DNA of 64,000 nt from Takakia lepidozioides (Eukaryota > Plantae > Bryophyta). The stretch covers positions 4,898,001 to 4,962,000 of the forward strand of contig CM060733.1 in assembly GCA_030704615.1 (NCBI GenBank), given 5' to 3'. The notes below the pieces were generated by a model. The model did not search any database. It saw only the letters and a list, made by a program, of their open reading frames with translations, and was not told the origin of the DNA. Shown piece after piece: positions 24,233 through 36,003 of the stretch (position 1 is the first letter of the stretch; every line of letters starts with the position of its first letter). The translations under genes and the position numbers were made by a program.

Positions 24233-27200
24233 TATTGGATTTATAGTATCATGAATATATATTAAACTAAAGAGCTACATCCAATAGATGGCCAAAGGTT
24301 CAAAGAAATATAGTTGTATCTTGGATGTCACCCATTATGGCCAACCTAACTAAAAAAGGGGATAACCCGGTGACTTAATGTGTAGGTACTTGAGGACTTT
24401 CAAGTCAAGTGACACCATAAGTTACTTTTGCTTCGACAAGATTCTCTCGCTTAAACTAAAGTTTAGTTGTCAATTCATGAATCGTTCATATTCGCAGAAA
24501 ATTGATTTGATAGGACCACTGTTTATCAATTTTTTTTAAATTATTCCTTATACTTATAAACACTTTTGATGCTCAAGTTGCAACTGAAAATTTATCTTGT
24601 AACATATACACAAATGTATTTAATTAAATGAAAAACAACTTTCAAGGCCAAACCCGCAAGTGACAAATCATACAACACAAGTTTGATGAAGACCCCGCTG
24701 ACCACCTAAGAAGACTTAAGGTTGTATCATACAACAATAAAAGCAACCATGACGTTAATTAATTAGTGTTTCAATATATGGATAATCTCGATCAGACTTT
24801 TGATAGTCAATGAGAAAGAAACTGAATTTAGAGAATCCTTGCAACTCTATTTATATTTTACAATGGACGTTCATAACTGATATATGTGTATAGCTCGCTT
24901 ACAACGACCTATATAGCCAAAATGATGTGAGTTGCGACAAAAATGTCAATATGAGAATTGCAAGAAACATTATTACAAATATTGTCAATGAGCTACAATT
25001 TCATGGTAATCTTGTGGGCATTCATAATTACTGTAACCAACAATATTCTTCAATAATTTATAAGCCTAGCAGATTGTATTCTGCAACGCCTTGACACCTC
25101 CTCGACCTTCCGATAGAACCATTGTGTTGCTAAATAAATCACCACTTCCAAACAGAGAGGACCTTGGAGCAAGCACTTGTAAAAACCAACTTTGCATGGA
25201 GAACTCAAGCTCCAAGGCACAAATGGATGATTCATTACATGCTTCAAGTTTATGAAATACAGGCCCTTGTGTGGTCATTTTCCCCATGTCCTATTTTTAA
25301 TGCATTTCTAAGGCCTCCATCCCCTATTTAAAAAAAAAGTAATGATTTAAAAATATATATAGTTATGAACAGGGACAATGGCCCTGGATGAATTTTAATT
25401 AGGTGGCACACAAAATAAATATCATGGATCAAAGCACTTCAGCACATGCATAGAAAGTTTCCCCTAATGGAGAAAAATGATTTCAATCAATAAACCATCA
25501 TCTGGCCTTGAAGAGGACCTTGTTCACATCTTTTCTCCATTCTGGACAATTAGATGTTTTATTTCAATTTTTGAGATACATCACAAATAATTTAAAGATA
25601 TATTATTAAATAGAAATCTAACTAAGATAAATTTTGAAATAGAAATAATTAAATATTATCATTAAGTATTATCATAATATTTTAAATACGTAATTATAAT
25701 CTATAAAGTTAAAAACACAATTTCTTGCTTAAAAACATATTGAGTTACATCAATAAAAACACATATACTTGGCTCATTGCCTGTCTCGTTTTAGTCCTTG
25801 CTCAGCCAAAGGTTGGCCTGGGGCGAGTCCCCACCTCTCTAATGGGTCTTATGGCCCTAAGAGGTTTTTCTTTTTTCCTTTAAGAGAAAAAAAAGAAAAA
25901 AAAGAAAAAGAAAGATGACATACCGTCTCCTAGGGTCAGGTTTGGAAATTCATTCCAAATAATATCCAATTGTAAATTCATGTATTAAGTTCACATGAAA
26001 AGGACTAAAACCACAAATGTCATCATTTGTCGGATGTTTGCAAGTCAAATGATCAAATGGAAATGGTTCATGGGGGGTGGCATCTCCCTTGTATGCTTCA
26101 TGGCCTCGCAAATGATTATTTTTTTCGGTCCTTTATTGACTTGATTCATTAACTGGGCTTCCGTTCCCTTTTCAGCTTGTTTAAAGAATAGAAATAAAAA
26201 ATAACTAAGCACTGATTGCCACTCAGGTGATTCTGGGTTCAAATCCATGTACCTTGTCCAGTGCGGGATGATCTTCTCCAATAATGAAAGAGCCTCATGA
26301 GCCCCTTGACCCTCATGGCAAGGTTATTATGAAATGGATATTTTCTCCTCTAGCTATAATGAAAGGGGCCTGATTTGTGAACCGCGGGGTCGCTCCTAGG
26401 TGTTTCCCTTTAAGAATTGTTTCTAAAAAGAGTGAAATTTTCTCACAAAGTTTTTGCCAAAACATTTCATAGACTCTAGAAATCTTGTAAAATAAATACA
26501 TAATACGATAATAAGTTGGGTTTAAAATATATACATGCTTACACCACAAAGCCTAATCAGCCTCTATTTTCATAAAGAGTGAATGTAGGGCCCTCAATGG
26601 ACCACAAAAGGCCCCCAAGGTTCCCTTCTGGGAACCAGTCAAACCGACCAGCAACGAAAGTTCAAACTAGTCCACAGTGCGCGGCCTATATATAGCCAGT
26701 GGGCCCCCTACGGACAGCGCCCCTGAAGCGTGCTGCCCGACCCTACCTCTCGTATTCGTACGCCCTGCCTGCATGTACATACATACGTATGTCGGGCCTC
26801 AGCCGCATGGTGCAGCGTATGGATGTATGCATGGGGTACGAGTACGGTATGCATGAACATAACAGAGCTGACGTAAAGTTGCCGGAAAGAAGATCTGGGT
26901 GCACCGTGCCGCCGCCGGAAATCGCGACACACAAAGTGGCAGTGTCCGAGCGCGCACGGCGTTTCGCCGACCACTTTAACGCCCCCGTTTCGCCAGGGTT
27001 TCGCCAGGGTTTCGCGCCAACTTTGACTATCGGGGAATTTTGTTTGGTTTATGTGGGAATGTTACGGTGGCAAAACTCGGTCAACTGGCTAAACTCAACT
27101 ATGGTCGTTCGTCCCCGCGACGATAATAACTAGCGAAAACTATTTTGGGTTGTGAGTTGGATGGGGTTTCGGAAATATGTTTCCGAACCATCGAGCACAT

Positions 27201-27308
27201 CAAATTGACTACGATCAGAAAATGTGGAGTCGTGTGAATTCAATGGATGCTCGCATATCAGTTCCGACATGTAAGGGGTCAAAGCTGGGAATTGGATTGG
27301 AAACCATG

Positions 27309-28794
27309 TTGAGGCTGGGCTCTAAGACGAGGATTTATTCGATTACTATCATCGTCTCCTAACTGAAGCATATATTGTCGAGTCAAAAGCTGAATTCAAC
27401 AAGTGTACAGTTGAAACATCCACGACGTCCCTCTCACGGAGCTGATCGCATAGCTTATTTAGCACATACTCCCCCAGACTAAAATTACACAAAATCATAT
27501 GTCAGAATTAACAGGGGTGCATTAAATAAACCCACAGCGCCCCCCACTAGTTCGAGGCTGGGCTCTAACACGAGGATTTATTCGATTATCATCTGGTAAT
27601 CGAAGCATATATTGTCCGTCCGATCGAGTCAAAAGCTGAATTCAACAAGTGTACAGTTGAAACATCCACGACGTCCCTCTCACGGAGCTGATCGCATAGC
27701 TTATTTAGCACATACTCCCCCAGACTAAAATTACACAAAATCATATGTCAGAATTAACAGGGGTGCATTAAATAAACCCACAGCGCCCCCCACTAGTTCG
27801 AGGCTGGGCTCTAACACGAGGATTTATTCGATTATCATCTGGTAATCGAAGCATATATTGTCCGTCCGATCGAGTCAAAAGCTGAATTCAACAAGTGTAC
27901 AGTTGAAACATCCACGACGTCCCTCTCACGGAGCTGATCGCATAGCTTATTTAGCACATACTCCCCAAGACTAAAATTACACAAAATCATATGTCAGAAT
28001 TAACAGGGGTGCATTAAATAAACCCACAGCGCCCCCCACTAGTTCGAGGCTGGGCTCTAACACGAGGATTTACTCGATTATCATCTGGTAATCGAAGCAT
28101 ATATTGTCTGTCCGATCGAGTCAAAAGCTGAATTCAACAAGTGTACAGTTGAAACATCCACGACGTCCCTCTCACGGAGCTGATCGCATAGCTTATTTAG
28201 CACATACTCCCCCAGACTAAAATTACACAAAATCATATGTCAGAATTAATAGGGGTGCATTAAATAAACCCACAGCGCCCCCCACTAGTTCGAGGCTGGG
28301 CTCTAACACGAGGATTTACTCGATTATCATCTGGTAATCGAAGCATATATTGTCCGTCCGATCGAGTCAAAAGCTGAATTCAACAAGTGTACAGTTGAAA
28401 CATCCACGACGTCCCTCTCACGGAGCTGATCGCATAGCTTATTTAGCACATACTCCCCAAGACTAAAATTACACAAAATCATATGTCAGAATTAATAGGG
28501 GTGCATTAAATAAACCCACAGCGCCCCCCACTAGTTCGAGGCTGGGCTCTAACACGAGGATTTATTCGATTATCATCTGGTAATCGAAGCATATATTGTC
28601 CGTCCGATCCAGTCAAGAGCTGAATTCAACAAGTGTACAGTTGAAACATCCACAACGTCCGTCTCACGAAGTTGATCGCATAGCTTATTTAGCATAGGTA
28701 ATCCCCCGGACTAAAATTACACAAAATCAAATGTCAGAGTTAACAGGGGTGCGTTAAAAAAAAAAAAAAAAACCCCACTTCGGCCCCCACTAGT
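27309..28794 (+). repeat. Tandem array of six 246-bp units
   Basis: ACTAGTTCGAGGCTGGG junctions, with the G of TTCG at 27554, 27800, 28046, 28292 and 28538 (exact 246 spacing). The inner units differ at only a few sites and the outer units are more diverged. Confidence 0.97.
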
Positions 28795-28859
28795 TTCGCC
28801 ACTCTATTTTTATGTCTTACTAAACTCTCCCACCTCAGCTAAATTCGCCTCTAACCTAG

Positions 28860-29520
28860 CGAGCCCCGGGTCGGAGGAATAGCCACATTGTGGCTATTCC
28901 TGGGCCTGGACAAGGGACCCACAAGAGGGGGGAATAATGGCTCACTCCCCGATAGCCAAAGCTAGCTAATATAGCCAGGGGCTGGACCCCCCAAATATGG
29001 TGGGTCCACAGTCCAAGGAGCTCTAAATTTGGAGGTGGGGGCCAGCGGTCGCAGGGCCAACAGTGGAACAGGAAACATGTGCAAAACTTGCATGGCACAT
29101 TTGCTTGATTTAGATTGGAAGCCTTCGGAAGGTGTTTTATTTATAAGCGGCCCAGTCAAAACACCCCTTTATTTGGCCTGCTATCACACTAAGGAATAGA
29201 GGCCTTTCTTATATTCCTGCGCCTCTATAATAGGGAGAGGGTCATGTGATTTTGGGCGTACTTCCAAAGACTGGATGGAAAATAAAAAAAGGTGACGAAT
29301 GTAGAGGGGATTTTTGGGATTGTCTCCCAACTTTGGCTGGTTGCTTGAATTTGCAGTAAGTCGGAGTCCCCAGAATAGGGTGCAGATTGAACTGTGGGGT
29401 GGCCCAAGTTAGGGCAGATGGTTAAAGGAAGGGGGTGGGGTTGCAACATTGGGGCAATTTAAGTAAGGAAGGTATCTTGCACATGGTGGAGCATGATAGT
29501 ATGGAGTGTGGGTGAGGTAA
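28860..29520 (-). mobile_element. Possible heavily decayed LINE 3' fragment
   Basis: Only a weak SLWKY..N-type C-terminal motif and a GC-rich tail. There are multiple stops. Confidence 0.25.
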
Positions 29521-29899
29521 TGGAATCGGCCTGAGTGCCCTTAGACTTGGGTTTTGGCTAAACTTAGCCTTTGTTTCTGCATTCTTTATGTACTTGTTGC
29601 ATTATTTTAGGTTGGGCTTCGGGGGATGTGAAATTATACGAAGAATATTAACATCCGATGGGCCCTATAGGACCTAAGGAAACAAGCAAGTCCCACCAAA
29701 AACTCAATACTTGCTAATGTGGAAGAGAATAACAATAGGAATAATGCTATATATGTGCATCTTTCAGAACATTATGGGGCATGAGGATACGAAATCCCAT
29801 ATATTTTTTGAGAGCTGATCGTTCAGCTTTACGCACCGACAGGGAAACACAGTTGTTTATTTCAATTTTGGGGCCAATTATAAGTTATGTATCCTTTAA

Positions 29900-30723
29900 C
29901 CCTTAAGTTCCCAAGCCCTTTTTTGACATTTTACCAATTTTGGGTACCCAGCTGCAGTAAATTGCCCCTAGAAACCTACCAAAAATCATCCAGAGATTCC
30001 AGCCTTATAGCAATGGGCCCAGCTCATCTATGCATGACATACCAAAAAATGAGCCAAGTCCACCGTGGAAATTGTGAGATTATAGCGTTGGTCCGGACCT
30101 CAAATATCAGGTCCCAAAAAAAAAGTGAGAAAGAAATTGGTTTGACCAAATCAAAACCTAGCTTTATCCAATTTTGCTTGCCCCAAGACCCACCATTTCC
30201 GAATCAATAGTGGAGTGGCTATGACCCCACTAAATTGCACGTCCAACTGATTTTTTCACCTATGGTTGCTTTGCATGCAATTATATGGGGGTTGAAATCT
30301 CAAAATTGACAAGAGAAAATGTGCCTCCAAATGAAGTACTTTTTTTTCTACAAAATTTTCAAAAGCCAATGGTGGATGTGTGTATGTAATGCTCACACAC
30401 CACAAGGTGAAGTGCTTTTTCCAAAATTGTTAATTTTCTGCCAAAAAGGCCTTTGGAGTGCAATCTGTTTTGGGCTTGTTTACCTGCCATGTCAGCGGTC
30501 AACAAGCCCTTTTCAGGCCCCAAAACGTAAATGAGAGATCTAAGATTTTTTGTAGGTCGTAGCTTTTGTTTTTTTTTAAAATTTTTGTTTTTTGCATCAT
30601 ACTCGAGACAAATCCCTTGTCATTAAAGCTTCAGGCGTGGGCCCCATCAGATTAGATCTGCAAAAATTAGGTCGAACTGCAAATTCAAAGTGACCCGATT
30701 CAGGTCGCTTGGGAACTTAAGGG
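29900..30723. mobile_element. piggyBac-like non-autonomous DNA transposon, 824 bp
   Basis: Perfect 17-bp TIRs CCCTTAAGTTCCCAAGC / GCTTGGGAACTTAAGGG, flanked by TTAA on both sides (29896-29899, 30724-30727). No transposase ORF. Confidence 0.85.
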
Positions 30724-31732
30724 TTAAAAGACTACCTGCTGGGGGCAAGTTTATATGCTCCCAAGGTAATTCATAATAAGTAGATTTCGAGAGTATTGTT
30801 TTTCTTAGTGTTCTTAGTGTTTTTCTCAGTAGCCACTCATGCTATTTTCCAGATTTCCAAAAAGACCGCTGGTTCAAATGGGTATTATATACATCAATTA
30901 ATAATAAATATTGCTTTATGATATCAAACCAATTCAGCGGAATAAAGTAAAACCCTAAAAAAGGCATGAGATCAAATAGTTTCCCTACATTTATGGATGG
31001 CACATTTTTTTTCTTTTTTTTGGCACATATTAAGCGACTTAATCTCGCCTAAAATCTTGCAAACCATTAGTATGAAAAAAACAAAAAAACAAACAAAAAT
31101 TGCTTTGACATCTTTGAAGCCTTGTGAGTATTGCCTCATTGGGTAAAGGACTGGGTTTTGTTTTTTGCTCATTTACACTGAACATAAACAGCTTAGAAAT
31201 AAGACTGGCACACTAGTCGGATAAAATTGGACACTATTTTTGTAAGAAGATAATGTGACCATATTTTGTCCAAAAGTAGGGTAAACACACCACATGGTCT
31301 CACCATACTAATGTGCATGTTTGAATGATAAAATTAGTTCAGTATTCTAAAATTTGTGCACTTTTGATGGGATATTTCGCACTTTGGGTGATAGTAAGGA
31401 AGGGACCAACTGAAACGTGTAATGGATGTTCAGGTAACCTCCAAATTTCCAAATGGACATTAAGGTAACCTCACCCAAAATCGCACGAATAAGAAATACA
31501 CCTAAAAAGACCCCCCCCTTACAATGGGGTATTTTTCCTGTATGGGCAATGTAATTTGGAACCCATCCCAAGTTGTTTCGTAATTTTTGGAGTGTTTTAT
31601 GAATTAGTTATGAATTTCTACCTGGTTAGAAGTAAACTTACCTATTCATGTTAATAGGCTATGCTAGTACACTCACCTATTCACTGCAGCAGACTCACCC
31701 ATCCCATTCTTCATCCAATGAAGTCTAAACAT

Positions 31733-32196
31733 GTGTTTCGCGTGTGTATCCGGGGACATCATGATATGACTAATTTGCAATGCTTTCATGTTGGAAATGT
31801 GGGGCTTTCGTAGGGGATGGTTTTAGGTCGGGTGTTGGAATTGGGTGAGGTTACCTTAATAACTATAATTGGCTCTATCAAGTTTTTTTTTCTTGGCTAT
31901 ATCAGCTTCTTGTGTTATTGACCGCTCTTTTGGTGGTGGAATGCTGATTTTACATTATTCTAGTTGACTGCAATTTGTTTTCGCGTGTGTCCGGAGACAT
32001 CATGATATGACCAATTTGCAAGCTTTGATGTTGGAAATGGTAGGGGACGGTTTTAGGTGGGGTGTTGGAATTGGGCCAGGTTACCTTAATAACTACTTTT
32101 TTTGTTTTTGGGCTCTATCAGCTTCTTGTGTTATTGACCGCTCTTTTGGTGGTGGAATGCTGATTTTACATTATTCTAGTTGACTGCAATTTGTTT
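31733..32196. repeat. Two-copy tandem duplication (~245 and ~220 bp)
   Basis: TTTCGCGTGTGT..GACATCATGATATGAC...CTAGTTGACTGCAATTTGTTTT occurs twice. Confidence 0.9.
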
Positions 32197-33001
32197 TAAA
32201 GAAAAATGTAAATGGTAGTTGACTGTGATGTATATGACTGCCGCGCGGCCAACTGCCATTGTGCGGTTAATGCCCACTGGAAAACAAAATTAGGGCATTT
32301 CCACTACTTCTTTTTGTTCATAGGTAGCCGCAAAGCAGGCAATCCAAGGAATGCAGGCCATTTCTTTGAATTTTCTACCATTTGATGACGTGAAAAGGCC
32401 GGTGTTGGCCGGCACTTACAAATTTACCCTATTTGTTTTTGTTTCTGTTTGTGTTCAATTTGGAACCAGGCTGGATCTCACCCCCAAATAAAACCCACAC
32501 AGCTATCTCCAAGATTAATTCCTGCCCCAAATAACCCTATTCTCAAATTAGTAGGTTGAGAAGGTGTTGAAAAAAAAAAAAAAAAAGTGTTGAAGTTATG
32601 CACACTTTTGTTCTCCCAAGTATTCCAATTAGCTTGTAGCCAAACCTTTGTGTGAGCATATAAAGGGGAACAGCTGTAAATAAACCTTAAACTAATCTTC
32701 CTTATTCCATACTTAGGCTCAATTTTGTTGATCAACTCCCTGGGGCCGTCCCATGAATATAATAAGTGGCTTGGGTTTCCTTGCAAAAAATTAAAAAAAA
32801 AAAAAAAAAATGAATGCTATTTAACCAGGCTTAAGATGCTTAAGAATAAAGTAATAATTTGGTGTACAATGTTTGAAGAAAAGAAAATCTTAGATTAATA
32901 TATTTAAAGGCGATGGTTAATTTTAAGATTTATTCAAAATCAGCTTGCGGGTGGAAGTGCTTACAGAAAGTCACATCCAGTCAAGAAGAACTATAATTAA
33001 G

Positions 33002-33100
33002 GGGCCTGATTGTTTTTTTTCCTGATTTGTGAGCTGTCGCCCAGGCGTTTAAAAAAAAAAAAGAAAAAACCTGGGAGCGACTGCTCACAATTCAGGCCCT
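33002..33100. repeat. Small inverted-repeat (MITE-like) element
   Basis: CCTGATTTGTGAGCTGTCGCCCAGG ... CCTGGGAGCGACTGCTCACAATTCAGG. A related arm GGGGCCTGATTTGTGA lies at ~26365. Confidence 0.55.
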
Positions 33101-33104
33101 TGAG

Positions 33105-33277
33105 GAGGGGGAAAGATTAACCCCCTTTCAGATAAGCCATTAGGCACAGAGGTGGGAAACATCACCACCAGACCAACCGGTCACGAACGGATCCACACAC
33201 CAGGCAGGGCAGCGGGTTTTGAACCCCGAACCACTAGGGCGACACACTGTGCACTTGCTACCAGCTGATGTGCAGGT
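33105..33277 (-). mobile_element. Possible tRNA-derived SINE
   Basis: The minus strand has A-box-like TCAGCTGGTAG and B-box-like GGTTCAAAACC at tRNA-like spacing. Confidence 0.4.
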
Positions 33278-35876
33278 GTTTCCCTTTAGAAAAAAAAGAA
33301 AAAAAGAAAAAAAGAAGAAACCCTATTTTGAAGTGCAAAACTCTCAAGCCAAAGCTCTCAGAAAACATCTTCATCTCAGTTTTTCAATGCAGGGAAGCAT
33401 GAAATGTTTTGAAAACAAAACTCAGTGCCAGTACCCATGTGGTTGTGGAACGTTGATAAAATGACAAGCTGCAAGTGGGGGAAGAGATGAATGACATGCA
33501 GTGGGATATGAAGGGATCCTGCTGGCAAATGCAGGGAGCCCCTCACACGTGCCGGAAGCGAATCCCAGTCAATGCAGCAGCATAGCAGCCATTATTCCCA
33601 AGCACCTTGACTCCCTGGAGGAGGGTGTGGCCCACTGTGTGTCCACACCCCACACATTTGAGCTGGGCTTTTCTGTCTGTCATTTGTCGGTGTTCTACTC
33701 TCTTTCTGCTGCACCAGGTTAAACCTATCTAAGATTTTACTGGTGGGTTTCAATTTTACACTGTCTTCTGTGGTGAGTTCTCCGTTTTGTCAAAATTGCC
33801 TTTCGTTTTTCTCCCAATTCTATAATAGGGCTACAAGCCCTCTGTTCTCTTAAAAAACAAAAAACAAAATTGGGTTTCAATTTTCTCCCAATTTTCTTAT
33901 TGGATGTCATTTCATGATGTCGTCTAAAGGTGGGCGCAACGGTTCCGTGTGGCATCCACGCGCGGCAGCAGGCCCACATTTCACTGAAACATGCAAGTGT
34001 TGTCGCGCACCAGTGTTCGACATCAAATCATCGCATGGTGACGACATCCATCGCGGTTGGTTATAAGGACATGTGTGAGCTATCGCACTAGTCACACATG
34101 CCACCATGAGATTCGATTGGCCAACTCTAACATTCCAGTCAAACACGAAAATTTCATACCCGGGCTGGGATTTCGAGCCAACAGTGTCGTCCCAGTTTGC
34201 ATACTGTTAGGCAGCTCGAACGTTCCAGTCAAACATTACAAATTTGTCGGGCTGGGATTTTGGACGAATGCAGTGAGAGTAAGTTTGGTTATTAGTGTGC
34301 CTATGTGCGAAAGCGCGCACGAAAGATGGGACATAAAGTGACAGGAAAGAAGGGCAGGAGGTAGCACCACCATCTCCAGCGATGTTGCAGCCCATTATTA
34401 CTTAATGCGGCTCATTTATAATCCCATATCGTTTGGCGTGAAGGGGCAGGACAACTTGAATATAACGGACCAACGGACACTGCTCCTCTTATTTTCCGTA
34501 TTACAGTTACCACTTTTACACTCGCAGAATGTCCCAAGTACAATACCATTCACTACTCCTATACACAGTAATAATGGATGCAATGTTGTTTTTTTAAAGC
34601 TGCATTTTGATGCTTGCGCCATTATTCCTTCTCTTGTAAAAAAAGGGGCAGACCAAGAGACAATATATATATATATATATATTTAATTATTATTTTTGTT
34701 TTAATGGCTAAAATTAAGTCATTCCAGAGAAAGTATGGCATGACGAACTTAGTGGGAAGTCGGTGCACTCATGATGGCCAATATTAATATCGTTTCTATC
34801 TTTTCTTATGTTTTCTGAGAATGAATCAAAGGCGTGATGCAGGAATATAAAAGAACGGAACATCATATTTATATAGAGCCATGTATATTATATTAGGGCC
34901 CCTGTTCTAAAAAGAATAAAGAATAAAAAATAAATATTACGCTAGTTTTCCAAAATACGTACTACACAAAAGATACACGGATAACTATACATTCACTTTT
35001 CACACAAGCATTTCGCTCTGACGTTGAGTAAATGATAACAATAAAAGCAATGATAATAATAAGAGTAATAATGAAACGCGGGGGGGGCGGGGAAGGCGTG
35101 AGGCGCGGGCAGCGCAGGCAGCATGTCGCGCAGCCGGCGCGTGACGCAGCCGTGCCGTCGGTGCCGACCCATTTATCACCCGCGCGCCACGCCGATGATT
35201 GGCCCGGCCCGCCTGCGGGCGACCAACCAACCCGGGCCCGGTCTGCCCTATCTGGGCTGCCCACTGAATCTTTTTTTCTGCAGATCTCTGGTTTAGCCAG
35301 ACTGGCGAGGTATTTTAGGTGTGTGTAGTATATGTTTTGCCATATTTGTTTTTTCTTCTTTTTACCATAATGCCATTCAATTAATCGAGCAAAGTAGGCA
35401 AGACAGAACTTTATGGAAAATTTGCCAAATAATAGGGAATTTGAAGGGAACTTTAATTATTATTATATGGAGGCTTGGAAATTTGGGTGGGAGACGACGG
35501 TGGGTTATGAAGTGGGCTATTTTACTGGAATAATGGGATGGAGCAGTTAATGGGGAAAGCCATGAATCTAGGAGCAAATCCCAGGTGCATTTAAATTGTG
35601 GAAATTATTAGCGTCGATATACTTTCATTCCTTGGTAGGGTTAAATGCTACTCGGTGAAGACGGTAATGACATTCTCTCCATTTCATTCCGAGGCGAACA
35701 CGAGGGGACACCCTTTCAATAATTATTTCCAATACTTGTGAGGCTCTTCGCCACAATGTTGATAGATAGATAGTCATATTCCTTTCCATTTATACATACA
35801 ATGATCATTTGGAAGACGCACCCACGTTAATAATGCTTTTCTATTTTCATAAATTTTCAATCTATTTCCACCCAAT

Positions 35877-36003
35877 GCTTCGAATGTAGGATAAGTATTT
35901 AAACGGCCGGAACGTGGCAACAGACATGCAACCCTCAAATCGCTTCGAATGTATGATAAGTATTAAACGGCCGGAACGCGGCAATAGACATGCACCCCTC
36001 AAA
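35877..36003. repeat. Two-copy ~64-bp tandem repeat
   Basis: GCTTCGAATGTA.GATAAGTATT(T)AAACGGCCGGAACG.GGCAA.AGACATGCA.CCCTCAAA occurs twice. Confidence 0.85.

Larger units (their letters stand above)
21962..25200 (+). repeat. Segmental duplication block B' (direct partner of 16060-18070)
   Basis: See block B. Confidence 0.9.

Noticed and set aside
26699-27133. 144-aa ORF upstream of the array
   Set aside because: GTG start, overlaps palindromic and short repeats, and has no domain signature.
27309-28794. CRISPR array or 5S/snRNA tandem genes
   Set aside because: Whole units repeat with no unique spacers. No 5S, U-snRNA or Sm-site sequence was recognised, and the context is eukaryotic with no cas genes.
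33900-34560. Coding-looking GC-balanced block with a ~93-bp internal duplication (TTCCAGTCAAACA..GGGCTGGGATTT)
   Set aside because: The frames I translated are short or interrupted by stops and I could not assign a protein family, so it is left uncalled.
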